Shown here piece after piece: positions 24,401 through 39,400 of a stretch of DNA of 64,000 nt. This stretch comes from Auanema rhodensis. Lineage: Eukaryota > Animalia > Nematoda. The stretch is taken from assembly GCA_964057225.1 (NCBI GenBank), contig OZ059900.1, forward strand, positions 15,004,001 through 15,068,000. Direction: 5' to 3'. Each line of letters opens with the position of its first letter. The first letter of the stretch is position 1. Under the pieces are notes generated by a model. That model saw only the letters and a program-made list of their open reading frames with translations, ran no database searches and was not told where the DNA came from. Made by a program: the position numbers and the translations under genes.

Positions 24401-27400
24401 TTTCTAGTGTTCAGCATGTAAAATGCTTCATTTTAGTATGTAACACGCTGAAATTCGTTGCATTTGACGACTCATATGAACAAAAATCGATTTAATCAAT
24501 ATTAGCCATAAGGGGCGTGCCCTCAGAATATGCTAATTTCCTTAATTTTCTAACCGCTGTTTTTTGGCCGTGAAAGTGGGACTAGACGTTGTACAAACAA
24601 TTTTGAGCTAGGTTTTATTGACATTGCATGAGTTTGAACACATGAAATCGTAAGTCAAAACCTTGTTTACAGCGAAATTTCCAAAAACTGGTTTTCCAGC
24701 ATAATAAAATATTTCTCATGGGAAATACTGTGTTTTTGTATTTTTCTAGTGTTCAGCATGTAAAATGCTTCATTTTAGTATGTAACACGCTGAAATTCGT
24801 TGCATTTGACGACTCATATGAACAAAAATCGATTTAATCAATATTAGCCATAAGGGGCGTGCCCTCAGAATATGCTAATTTCCTTAATTTTCTAACCCCT
24901 GTTTTTTTGTCGTGAAAGTGGGACTAGACGTTGTACGAACAATTTTGAGCTAGGTTTCATTGACATTGCATGAGTTTGAACACATGAAATCGTAAGTCAA
25001 AACCTTGTTTACAGCGAAATTTCCAAAAACTGGTTTTCCAGCATAATAAAATATTTCTCATGGGAAATACTGTGTTTTTGTATTTTTCTAGTGTTCAGCA
25101 TGTAAAATGCTTCATTTTAGTATGTAACACGCTGAAATTCGTTGCATTTGACGACTCATATGAACAAAAATCGATTTAATCAATATTAGCCATAAGGGGC
25201 GTGCCCTCAGAATATGCTAATTCCCTTAATTTTCTAACCCCTGTTTTTTTGTCGTGAAAGTGGGACTAGACGTTGTACGAACAATTTTGAGCTAGGTTTC
25301 ATTGACATTGCATGAGTTTGAACACATGAAATCGTAAGTCAAAACCTTGTTTACAGCGAAATTTCCAAAAACTGGTTTTCCAGCATAATAAAATATTTCT
25401 CATGGGAAATACTGTGTTTTTGTATTTTTCTAGTGTTCAGCATGTAAAATGCTTCATTTTAGTATGTAACACGCTGAAATTCGTTGCATTTGACGACTCA
25501 TATGAACAAAAATCGATTTAATCAATATTAGCCATAAGGGGCGTGCCCTCAGAATATGCTAATTTCCTTAATTTTCTAACCCCTGTTTTTTTGTCGGGAA
25601 AGTGGGACTAGACGTTGTACGAACAATTTTGAGCTAGGTTTCATTGACATTGCATGAGTTTGAACACATGAAATCGTAAGTCAAAACCTTGTTTACAGCG
25701 AAATTTCCAAAAACTGGTTTTCCAGCATAATAAAATATTTCTCATGGGAAATACTGTGTTTTTGTATTTTTCTAGTGTTCAGCATGTAAAATGCTTCATT
25801 TTAGTATGTAACACGCTGAAATTCGTTGCATTTGACGACTCATATGAACAAAAATCGATTTAATCAATATTAGCCATAAGGGGCGTGCCCTCAGAATATG
25901 CTAATTTCCTTAATTTTCTAACCCCTGTTTTTTGGCCGTGAAAGTGGGACTAGACGTTGTACAAACAATTTTGAGCTAGGTTTTATTGACATTGCATGAG
26001 TTTGAACACATGAAATCGTAAGTCAAAACCTTGTTTACAGCGAAATTTCCAAAAACTGGTTTTCCAGCATAATAAAATATTTCTCATGGGAAATACTGTG
26101 TTTTTGTATTTTTCAAGTGTTCAGCATGTAAAATGCTTCATTTTAGTATGTAACACGCTGAAATTCGTTGCATTTGACGACTCATATGAACAAAAATCGA
26201 TTTAATCAATATTAGCCATAAGGGGCGTGCCCTCAGAATATGCTAATTTCCTTAATTTTCTAACCCCTGTTTTTTTGTCGTGAAAGTGGGACTAGACGTT
26301 GTACGAACAATTTTGAGCTAGGTTTCATTGACATTGCATGAGTTTGAACACATGAAATCGTAAGTCAAAACCTTGTTTACAGCGAAATTTCCAAAAACTG
26401 GTTTTCCAGCATAATAAAATATTTCTCATGGGAAATACTGTGTTTTTGTATTTTTCTAGTGTTCAGCATGTAAAATGCTTCATTTTAGTATGTAACACGC
26501 TGAAATTCGTTGCATTTGACGACTCATATGAACAAAAATCGATTTAATCAATATTAGCCATAAGGGGCGTGCCCTCAGAATATGCTAATTCCCTTAATTT
26601 TCTAACCCCTGTTTTTTTGTCGTGAAAGTGGAACTAGACGTTGTACAAACAATTTTGAGCTAGGTTTCATTGACATTGCATGAGTTTGAACACATGAAAT
26701 CGTAAGTCAAAACCTTGTTTACAGCGAAATTTCCAAAAACTGGTTTTCCAGCATAATAAAATATTTCTCATGGGAAATACTGTGTTTTTGTATTTTTCTA
26801 GTGTTCAGCATGTAAAATGCTTCATTTTAGTATGTAACACGCTGAAATTCGTTGCATTTGACGACTCATATGAACAAAAATCGATTTAATCAATATTAGC
26901 CATAAGGGGCGTGCCCTCAGAATATGCTAATTTCCTTAATTTTCTAACCCCTGTTTTTTTGTCGTGAAAGTGGAACTAGACGTTGTACGAACAATTTTGA
27001 GCTAGGTTTCATTGACATTGCATGAGTTTGAACACATGAAATCGTAAGTCAAAACCTTATTTACAGCGAAATTTCCAAAAACTGGTTTTCCAGCATAATA
27101 AAATATTTCTCATGGGAAATACTTTGTTTTTGTATTTTTCTAGTGTTCAGCATGTAAAATGGTTCATTTTAGTGTATGTTACACGCTGAAATTCGTTGCA
27201 TTTGACGACTCATATGAACAAAAATCGATTTAATCAATATTAGCCATAAGGGGCGTGCCCTCAGAATATGCTAATTTCCTTAATTTTTTAACCCCTGTTT
27301 TTTTGTCGTGAAAGTGGAACTAGACGTTGTACGAACAATTTTGAGCTAGGTTTCATTGACATTGCATGAGTTTGAACACATGAAATCGTAAGTCAAAACC

Positions 27401-30400
27401 TTGTTTACAGCGAAATTTCCAAAAACTGGTTTTCCAGCATAATAAAATATTTCTCATGGGAAATACTGTGTTTTTGTATTTTTCTAGTGTTCAGCATGTA
27501 AAATGGTTCATTTTAGTGTATGTTACACGCTGAAATTCGTTGCATTTGACGACTCATATGAACAAAAATCGATTTAATCAATATTAGCCATAAGGGGCGT
27601 GCCCTCAGAATATGCTAATTTCCTTAATTTTTTAACCCCTGTTTTTTTGTCGTGAAAGTGGAACTAGACGTTGTACGAACAATTTTGAGCTAGGTTTCAT
27701 TGACATTGCATGAGTTTGAACACATGAAATCGTAAGTCAAAACCTTGTTTACAGCGAAATTTCCAAAAACTGGTTTTCCAGCATAATAAAATATTTCTCA
27801 TGGGAAATACTGTGTTTTTGTATTTTTCTAGTGTGCAGCATGTAAAATGCTTCATTTTAGTATGTAACACGCTGAAATTCGTTGCATTTGACGACTCATA
27901 TGAACAAAAATCGATTTAATCAATATTAGCCATAAGGGGCGTGCCCTCAGAATATGCTAATTTCCTTAATTTTCTAACCCCTGTTTTTTGTCGTGAAAGT
28001 GGAACTAGACGTTGTACGAACAATTTTGAGCTAGGTTTCATTGACATTGCATGAGTTTGAACACATGAAATCGTAAGTCAAAACCTAGTTTACAGCGAAA
28101 GTTCCAAAAACTGGTTTTCCAGCATAATAAAATATTTCTCATGGGAAATACTGTGTTTTTGTATTTTTCTAGTGTTCAGCATGTGAAATGCTTCATTTTA
28201 GTATGTAACACGCTGAAATTCGTTGCATTTGACGACTCATATGAACAAAAATCGATTTAATCAATATTAGCCATAAGGGGCGTGCCCTCAGAATATGCTA
28301 ATTTCCTTAATTTTCTAACCCCTGTTTTTTGTCGTGAAAGTGGAACTAGACGTTGTACAAACAATTTTGAGCTAGGTTTTATTGACATTGCATGAGTTTG
28401 AACACATGAAATCGTAAGTCAAAACCTTGTTTAGAGCGAAATTTCCAAAAACTGGTTTTCCAGCATAATAAAATATTTCTCATGGGAAATACTGTGTTTT
28501 TGTATTTTTCTAGTGTTCAGCATGTAAAATGCTTCATTTTAGTATGTAACACGCTGAAATTCGTTGCATTTGACGACTCATATGAACAAAAATCGATTTA
28601 ATCAATATTAGCCATAAGGGGCGTGCCCTCAGAATATGCTAATTTTCTTAATTTTCTAACCCCTGTTTTTTTGTCGTGAAAGTGGAACTAGACGTTGTAC
28701 GAACAATTTTGAGCTAGGTTTCATTGACATTGCATGAGTTTGAACACATGAAATCGTAAGTCAAAACCTTGTTTACAGCGAAATTTCCAAAAACTGGTTT
28801 TCCAGCATAATAAAATATTTCTCATGGGAAATACTGTGTTTTTGTATTTTTCTAGTGTTCAGCATGTAAAATGCTTCATTTTAGTATGTAACACGCTGAA
28901 ATTCGTTGCATTTGACTACTCATATGAACAAAAATCGATTTAATCAATATTAGCCATAAGGGGCGTGCCCTCAGAATATGCTAATTTCCTTAATTTTCTA
29001 ACCCCTGTTTTTTTGTCGTGAAAGTGGAACTAGACGTTGTACGAACAATTTTGAGCTAGGTTTCATTGACATTGCATGAGTTTGAACACATGAAATCGTA
29101 AGTCAAAACCTAGTTTACAGCGAAATTTCCAAAAACTGGTTTTCCAGCATAATAAAATATTTCTCATGGGAAATACTGTGTTTTTGTATTTTTCTAGTGT
29201 TCAGCATGTAAAATGCTTCATTTTAGTATGTAACACGCTGAAATTCGTTGCATTTGACGACTCATATGAACAAAAATCGATTTAATCAATATTAGCCATA
29301 AGGGGCGTGCCCTCAGAATATGCTAATTTCCTTAATTTTCTAACCCCTGTTTTTTGTCGTGAAAGTGGAACTAGACGTTGTACGAACAATTTTGAGCTAG
29401 GTTTCATTGACATTGCATGAGTTTGAACACATGAAATCGTAAGTCAAAACCTAGTTTACAGCGAAATTTCCAAAAACTGGTTTTCCAGCATAATAAAATA
29501 TTTCTCATGGGAAATACTGTGTTTTTGTATTTTTCTAGTGTTCAGCATGTGAAATGCTTCATTTTAGTATGTAACACGCTGAAATTCGTTGCATTTGACG
29601 ACTCATATGAACAAAAATCGATTTAATCAATATTAGCCATAAGGGGCGTGCCCTCAGAATATGCTAATTTCCTTAATTTTCTAACCCCTGTTTTTTGTCG
29701 TGAAAGTGGAACTAGACGTTGTACAAACAATTTTGAGCTAGGTTTTATTGACATTGCATGAGTTTGAACACATGAAATCGTAAGTCAAAACCTTGTTTAG
29801 AGCGAAATTTCCAAAAACTGGTTTTCCAGCATAATAAAATATTTCTCATGGGAAATACTGTGTTTTTGTATTTTTCTAGTGTTCAGCATGTAAAATGCTT
29901 CATTTTAGTATGTAACACGCTGAAATTCGTTGCATTTGACGACTCATATGAACAAAAATCGATTTAATCAATATTAGCCATAAGGGGCGTGCCCTCAGAA
30001 TATGCTAATTTCCTTAATTTTCTAACCCCTGTTTTTTTGTCGTGAAAGTGGAACTAGACGTTGTACGAACAATTTTGAGCTAGGTTTCATTGACATTGCA
30101 TGAGTTTGAACACATGAAATCGTAAGTCAAAACCTTGTTTACAGCGAAATTTCCAAAAACTGGTTTTCCAGCATAATAAAATATTTCTCATGGGAAATAC
30201 TGTGTTTTTGTATTTTTCTAGTGTTCAGCATGTAAAATGCTTCATTTTAGTATGTAACACGCTGAAATTCGTTGCATTTGACGACTCATATGAACAAAAA
30301 TCGATTTAATCAATATTAGCCATAAGGGGCGTGCCCTCAGAATATGCTAATTTCCTTAATTTTCTAACCCCTGTTTTTTTGTCGTGAAAGTGGAACTAGA

Positions 30401-33400
30401 CGTTGTACGAACAATTTTGAGCTAGGTTTCATTGACATTGCATGAGTTTGAACACATGAAATCGTAAGTCAAAACCTTGTTTACAGCGAAATTTCCAAAA
30501 ACTGGTTTTCCAGCATAATAAAATATTTCTCATGGGAAATACTGTGTTTTTGTATTTTTCTAGTGTTCAGCATGTAAAATGCTTCATTTTAGTATGTAAC
30601 ACGCTGAAATTCGTTGCATTTGACTACTCATATGAACAAAAATCGATTTAATCAATATTAGCCATAAGGGGCGTGCCCTCAGAATATGCTAATTTCCTTA
30701 ATTTTCTAACCCCTGTTTTTTTGTCGTGAAAGTGGAACTAGACGTTGTACGAACAATTTTGAGCTAGGTTTCATTGACATTGCATGAGTTTGAACACATG
30801 AAATCGTAAGTCAAAACCTTGCTTACAGCGAAATTTCCAAAAACTGGTTTTCCAGCATAATAAAATATTTCTCATGGGAAATACTGTGTTTTTGTATTTT
30901 TCTAGTGTTCAGCATGTAAAATGCTTCATTTTAGTATGTAACACGCTGAAATTCGTTGCATTTGACGACTCATATGAACAAAAATCGATTTAATCAATAT
31001 TAGCCATAAGGGGCGTGCCCTCAGAATATGCTAATTTCCTTAATTTTCTAACCCCTGTTTTTTTGTCGTGAAAGTGGAACTAGACGTTGTACGAACAATT
31101 TTGAGCTAGGTTTCATTGACATTGCATGAGTTTGAACACATGAAATCGTAAGTCAAAACCTTGTTTACAGCGAAATTTCCAAAAACTTCTTTTCCAGTAT
31201 AATAAAATATTTCTCATGGGAAATACTGTGTTTTTGTATTTTTCTAGTGTTCAGCATGTAAAATGCTTCATTTTAGTATGTAACACGCTGAAATTCGTTG
31301 CATTTGACGACTCATATGAACAAAAATCGATTTAATCAATATTAGCCATAAGGGGCGTGCCCTCAGAATATGCTAATTTCCTTAATTTTCTAACCCCTGT
31401 TTTTTTGTCGTGAAAGTGGAACTAGACGTTGTACGAACAATTTTGAGCTAGGTTTCATTGACATTGCATGAGTTTGAACACATGAAATCGTAAGTCAAAA
31501 CCTTGTTTACAGCGAAATTTCCAAAAACTGGTTCTCCAGCATAATAAAATATTTCTCATGGGAAATACTGTGTTTTTGTATTTTTCTAGTGTTCAGCATG
31601 TAAAATGGTTCATTTTAGTGTATGTAACACGCTGAAATTCGTTGCATTTGACGACTCATATGAACAAAAATCGATTTAATCAATATTAGCCATAAGGGGC
31701 GTGCCCTCAGAATATGCTAATTTCCTTAATTTTCTAACCCCTGTTTTTTTGTCGTGAAAGTGGAACTAGACGTTGTACGAACAATTTTGAGCTAGGTTTC
31801 ATTGACATTGCATGAGTTTGAACACATGAAATCGTAAGTCAAAACCTTGTTTACAGCGAAATTTCCAAAAACTGGTTTTCCAGCATAATAAAATATTTCT
31901 CATGGGAAATACTGTGTTTTTGTATTTTTCTAGTGTTCAGCATGTAAAATGCTTCATTTTAGTTTGTAACACGCTGAAATTCGTTGCATTTGACGACTCA
32001 TATGAACAAAAATCGATTTAATCAATATTAGCCATAAGGGGCGTGCCCTCAGAATATGCTAATTTCCTTAATTTTTTAACCCCTGTTTTTTTGTCGTGAA
32101 AGTGGAACTAGACGTTGTACGAACAATTTTGAGCTAGGTTTCATTGACATTGCATGAGTTTGAACACATGAAATCGTAAGTCAAAACCTTGTTTACAGCG
32201 AAATTTCCAAAAACTGGTTTTCCAGCATAATAAAATATTTCTCATGGGAAATACTGTGTTTTTGTATTTTTCTAGTGTTCAGCATGTAAAATGCTTCATT
32301 TTAGTATGTAACACGCTGAAATTCGTTGCATTTGACGACTCATATGAACAAAAATCGATTTAATCAATATTAGCCATAAGGGGCGTGCCCTCAGAATATG
32401 CTAATTTCCTTAATTTTCTAACCCCTGTTTTTTGTCGTGAAAGTGGAACTAGACGTTGTACGAACAATTTTGAGCTAGGTTTCATTGACATTGCATGAGT
32501 TTGAACACATGAAATCGTAAGTCAAAACCTTGTTTACAGCGAAATTTCCAAAAACTGGTTTTCCAGCATAATAAAATATTTCTCATGGGAAATACTGTGT
32601 TTTTGTATTTTTCTAGTGTTCAGCATGTGAAATGCTTCATTTTAGTATGTAACACGCTGAAATTCGTTGCATTTGACGACTCATATGAACAAAAATCGAT
32701 TTAATCAATATTAGCCATAAGGGGCGTGCCCTCAGAATATGCTAATTTCCTTAATTTTCTAACCCCTGTTTTTTGTCGTGAAAGTGGAACTAGACGTTGT
32801 ACAAACAATTTTGAGCTAGGTTTTATTGACATTGCATGAGTTTGAACACATGAAATCGTAAGTCAAAACCTTGTTTAGAGCGAAATTTCCAAAAACTGGT
32901 TTTCCAGCATAATAAAATATTTCTCATGGGAAATACTGTGTTTTTGTATTTTTCTAGTGTTCAGCATGTAAAATGCTTCATTTTAGTATGTAACACGCTG
33001 AAATTCGTTGCATTTGACGACTCATATGAACAAAAATCGATTTAATCAATATTAGCTATAAGGGGCGTGCCCTCAGAATATGCTAATTTCCTTAATTTTC
33101 GAACCCCTGTTTTTTTTGTCGTGAAAGTGGAACTAGACGTTGTACGAACAATTTTGAGCTAGGTGTCATTGACATTGCATGAGTTTGAACACATGAAATC
33201 GTAAGTCAAAACCTTGTTTACAGCGAAATTTCCAAAAACTGGTTTTCCAGCATAATAAAATATTTCTCATGGGAAATACTGTGTTTTTGTATTTTTCTAG
33301 TGTTCAGCATGTAAAATGCTTCATTTTAGTATGTAACACGCTGAAATTCGTTGCATTTGACGACTCATATGAACAAAAATCGATTTAATCAATATTAGCC

Positions 33401-36400
33401 ATAAGGGGCGTGCCCTCAGAATATGCTAATTTCCTTAATTTTCTAACCCCTGTTTTTTTGTCGTGAAAGTGGAACTAGACGTTGTACGAACAATTTTGAG
33501 CTAGGTTTCATTGACATTGCATGAGTTTGAACACATGAAATCGTAAGTCAAAACCTTGCTTACAGCGAAATTTCCAAAAACTGGTTTTCCAGCATAATTA
33601 AATATTTCTCATGGGAAATACTGTGTTTTTGTATTTTTCTAGTGTTCAGCATGTAAAATGTTTCATTTTAGTATGTAACACGCTGAAATTCGTTGCATTT
33701 GACGACTCATATGAACAAAAATCGATTTAATCAATATTAGCCATAAGGGGCGTGCCCTCAGAATATGCTAATTTCCTTAATTTTCTAACCCCTGTTTTTT
33801 TGTCGTGAAAGTGGAACTAGACGTTGTACGAACAATTTTGAGCTAGGTTTCATTGACATTGCATGAGGTTGAACACATGAAATCGTAAGTCAAAACCTTG
33901 TTTACAGCGAAATTTCCAAAAACTGGTTTTCCAGCATAATAAAATATTTCTCATGGGAAATACTGTGTTTTTGTATTTTTCTAGTGTTCAGCATGTAAAA
34001 TGCTTCATTTTAGTATGTAACACGCTGAAATTCGTTGCATTTGACGACTCATATGAACAAAAATCGATTTAATCAATATTAGCCATAAGGGGCGTGCCCT
34101 CAGAATATGCTAATTTCCTTAATTTTCTAACCCCTGTTTTTTTTGTCGTGAAAGTGGAACTAGACGTTGTACGAACAATTTTGAGCTAGGTTTCATTGAC
34201 ATTGCATGAGGTTGAACACATGAAATCGTAAGTCAAAACCTTGTTTACAGCGAAATTTCCAAAAACTGGTTTTCCAGTATAATAAAATATTTCTCATGGG
34301 AAATACTGTGTTTTTGTATTCTTCTAGTGTTCAGCATGTAAAATGCTTCATTTTAGTATGTAACACGCTGAAATTCGTTGCATTTGACGACTCATATGAA
34401 CAAAAATCGATTTAATCAATATTAGCCATAAGGGGCGTGCCCTCAGAATATGCTAATTTCCTTAATTTTCTAACCCCTGTTTTTTTTGTCGTGAAAGTGG
34501 AACTAGACGTTGTACAAACAATTTTGAGCTAGGTTTCATTGACATTGCATGAGTTTGAACACATGAAATCGTAAGTCAAAACCTTGTTTACAGCGAAATT
34601 TCCAAAAACTGGTTTTCCAGCATAATAAAATATTTCTCATGAGAAATACTGTGTTTTTGTATTTTTCTAGTGTTCAGCATGTAAAATGCTTCATTTAAGT
34701 ATGTAACACGCTGAAATTCGTTGCATTTGACGACTCATATGAACAAAAATCGATTTAATCAATATTAGCCATAAGGGGCGTGCCCTCAGAATATGCTAAT
34801 TTCCTTAATTTTCTAACCCCTGTTTTTTTGTCGTGAAAGTGGAACTAGACGTTGTACGAACAATTTTGAGCTAGGTTTCATTGACATTGCATGAGTTTGA
34901 ACACATGAAATCGTAAGTCAAAACCTTGTTTACAGCGAAATTTCCAAAAACTGGTTTTCCAGCATAATAAAATATTTCTCATGGGAAATACTGTGTTTTT
35001 GTATTTTTCTAGTGTTCAGCATGTAAAATGCTTCATTTTAGTATGTAACACGCTGAAATTCGTTGCATTTGACGACTCATATGAACAAAAATCGATTTAA
35101 TCAATATTAGCCATAAGGGGCGTGCCCTCAGAATATGCTAATTTCCTTAATTTTCTAACCCCTGTTTTTTTGTCGTGAAAGTGGAACTAGACGTTGTACG
35201 AACAATTTTGAGCTAGGTTTCCATGACATTGCATGAGTTTGAACACATGAAATCGTAAGTCAAAACCTTGTTTACAGCGAAATTTCCAAAAACTGGTTTT
35301 CCAGCATAATAAAATATTTCTCATGAGAAATACTGTGTTTTTGTATTTTTCTAGTGTTCAGCATGTAAAATGCTTCACTTAAGTATGTAACACGCTGAAA
35401 TTCGTTGCATTTGACGACTGATATGAACAAAAATCGATTTAATCAATATTAGACATAAGGGGCGTGCCCTCAGAATATGCTAATTTCCTTAATTTTCTAA
35501 CCCCTGTTTTTTGTCGTGAAAGTGGAACTAGACGTTGTACGAACAATTTTGAGCTAGGTTTCATTGACATTGCATGAGTTTGAACACATGAAATCGTAAG
35601 TCAAAACCTTGTTTACAGCGAAATTTCCAAAAACTGGTTTTCCAGCATAATAAAATATTTCTCATGGGAAATACTGTGTTTTTGTATTTTTCTAGTGTTC
35701 AGCATGTGAAATGCTTCATTTTAGTATGTAACACGCTGAAATTCGTTGCATTTGACGACTCATATGAACAAAAATCGATTTAATCAATATTAGCCATAAG
35801 GGGCGTGCCCTCAGAATATGCTAATTTCCTTAATTTTCTAACCCCTGTTTTTTGTCGTGAAAGTGGAACTAGACGTTGTACAAACAATTTTGAGCTAGGT
35901 TTTATTGACATTGCATGAGTTTGAACACATGAAATCGTAAGTCAAAACCTTGTTTAGAGCGAAATTTCCAAAAACTGGTTTTCCAGCATAATAAAATATT
36001 TCTCATGGGAAATACTGTGTTTTTGTATTTTTCTAGTGTTCAGCATGTAAAATGCTTCATTTTAGTATGTAACACGCTGAAATTCGTTGCATTTGACGAC
36101 TCATATGAACAAAAATCGATTTAATCAATATTAGCCATAAGGGGCGTGCCCTCAGAATATGCTAATTTCCTTAATTTTCTAACCCCTGTTTTTTTGTCGT
36201 GAAAGTGGAACTAGACGTTGTACGAACAATTTTGAGCTAGGTTTTATTGACATTGCATGAGTTTGAACACATGAAATCGTAAGTCAAAACCTTGTTTACA
36301 GCGAAATTTCCAAAAACTGGTTTTCCAGCATAATAAAATATTTCTCATGGGAAATACTGTGTTTTTGTATTTTTCTAGTGTTCAGCATGTAAAATGCTTC

Positions 36401-39400
36401 ATTTTAGTATGTAACACGCTGAAATTCGTTGCATTTGACGACTCATATGAACAAAAATCGATTTAATCAATATTAGCCATAAGGGGCGTGCCCTCAGAAT
36501 ATGCTAATTTCCTTAATTTTCTAACCCCTGTTTTTTTGTCGTGAAAGTGGAACTAGACGTTGTACGAACAATTTTGAGCTAGGTTTCATTGACATTGCAT
36601 GAGTTTGAACACATGAAATCGTAAGTCAAAACCTTGCTTACAGCGAAATTTCCAAAAACTGGTTTTCCAGCATAATTAAATATTTCTCATGGGAAATACT
36701 GTGTTTTTGTATTTTTCTAGTGTTCAGCATGTAAAATGCTTCATTTTAGTATGTAACACGCTGAAATTCGTTGCATTTGACGACTCATATGAACAAAAAT
36801 CGATTTAATCAATATTAGCCATAAGGGGCGTGCCCTCAGAATATGCTAATTTCCTTAATTTTCTAACCCCTGTTTTTTTGTCGTGAAAGTGGAACTAGAC
36901 GTTGTACGAACAATTTTGAGCTAGGTTTCATTGACATTGCATGAGGTTGAACACATGAAATCGTAAGTCAAAACCTTGTTTACAGCGAAATTTCCAAAAA
37001 CTTCTTTTCCAGTATAATAAAATATTTCTCATGGGAAATACTGTGTTTTTGTATTCTTCTAGTGTTCAGCATGTAAAATGCTTCATTTTAGTATGTAACA
37101 CGCTGAAATTCGTTGCATTTGACGACTCATATGAACAAAAATCGATTTAATCAATATTAGCCATAAGGGGCGTGCCCTCAGAATATGCTAATTTCCTTAA
37201 TTTTCTAACCCCTGTTTTTTTTGTCGTGAAAGTGGAACTAGACGTTGTACAAACAATTTTGAGCTAGGTTTCATTGACATTGCATGAGTTTGAACACATG
37301 AAATCGTAAGTCAAAACCTTGTTTACAGCGAAATTTCCAAAAACTGGTTTTCCAGCATAATTAAATATTTCTCATGGGAAATACTGTGTTTTTGTATTTT
37401 TCTAGTGTTCAGCATGTAAAATGCTTCATTTTAGTATGTAACACGCTGAAATTCGTTGCATTTGACGACTCATATGAACAAAAATCGATTTAATCAATAT
37501 TAGCCATAAGGGGCGTGCCCTCAGAATATGCTAATTTCCTTAATTTTCTAACCCCTGTTTTTTTGTCGTGAAAGTGGAACTAGACGTTGTACGAACAATT
37601 TTGAGCTAGGTTTCATTGACATTGCATGAGGTTGAACACATGAAATCGTAAGTCAAAACCTTGTTTACAGCGAAATTTCCAAAAACTTCTTTTCCAGTAT
37701 AATAAAATATTTCTCATGGGAAATACTGTGTTTTTGTATTCTTCTAGTGTTCAGCATGTAAAATGCTTCATTTTAGTATGTAACACGCTGAAATTCGTTG
37801 CATTTGACGACTCATATGAACAAAAATCGATTTAATCAATATTAGCCATAAGGGGCGTGCCCTCAGAATATGCTAATTTCCTTAATTTTCTAACCCCTGT
37901 TTTTTTTGTCGTGAAAGTGGAACTAGACGTTGTACAAACAATTTTGAGCTAGGTTTCATTGACATTGCATGAGTTTGAACACATGAAATCGTAAGTCAAA
38001 ACCTTGTTTACAGCGAAATTTCCAAAAACTGGTTTTCCAGCATAATAAAATATTTCTCATGAGAAATACTGTGTTTTTGTATTTTTCTAGTGTTCAGCAT
38101 GTAAAATGCTTCATTTAAGTATGTAACACGCTGAAATTCGTTGCATTTGACGACTCATATGAACAAAAATCGATTTAATCAATATTAGCCATAAGGGGCG
38201 TGCCCTCAGAATATGCTAATTTCCTTAATTTTCTAACCCCTGTTTTTTTGTCGTGAAAGTGGAACTAGACGTTGTACGAACAATTTTGAGCTAGGTTTCA
38301 TTGACATTGCATGAGTTTGAACACATGAAATCGTAAGTCAAAACCTTGTTTACAGCGAAATTTCCAAAAACTGGTTTTCCAGCATAATAAAATATTTCTC
38401 ATGGGAAATACTGTGTTTTTGTATTTTTCTAGTGTCCAGCATGTAAAATGCTTCATTTTAGTATGTAACACGCTGAAATTCGTTGCATTTGACGACTCAT
38501 ATGAACAAAAATCGATTTAATCAATATTAGCCATAAGGGGCGTGCCCTCAGAATATGCTAATTTCCTTAATTTTCTAACCCCTGTTTTTTTGTCGTGAAA
38601 GTGGAACTAGACGTTGTACGAACAATTTTGAGCTAGGTTTCCATGACATTGCATGAGTTTGAACACATGAAATCGTAAGTCAAAACCTTGTTTACAGCGA
38701 AATTTCCAAAAACTGGTTTTCCAGCATAATAAAATATTTCTCATGAGAAATACTGTGTTTTTGTATTTTTCTAGTGTTCAGCATGTAAAATGCTTCACTT
38801 AAGTATGTAACACGCTGAAATTCGTTGCATTTGACGACTGATATGAACAAAAATCGATTTAATCAATTTTAGACATAAGGGGCGTGCCCTCAGAATATGC
38901 TAATTTCCTTAATTTTCTAACCCCTGTTTTTTTGTCGTGAAAGTGGAACTAGACGTTGTACGAACAATTTTGAGCTAGGTTTCATTGACATTGCATGAGT
39001 TTGAACACATGAAATCGTAAGTCAAAACCTTGTTTACAGCGAAATTTCCAAAAACTGGTTTTCCAGCATAATAAAATATTTCTCATGAGAAATACTGTGT
39101 TTTTGTAACTTTCTAGTGTTCAGCATGTAAAATGCTTCATTTAAGTATGTAACACGCTGAAATTCGTTGCATTTGACGACTCATATGAACAAAAATCGAT
39201 TTAATCAATATTAGCCATAAGGGGCGTGCCCTCAGAATATGCTAATTTCCTTAATTTTCTAACCCCTGTTTTTTTGTCGTGAAAGTGGAACTAGACGTTG
39301 TACGAACAATTTTGAGCTAGGTTTCATTGACATTGCATGAGTCTGAACACATGAAATCGTAAGTCAAAACCTTGTTTACAGCGAAATTTCCAAAAACTGG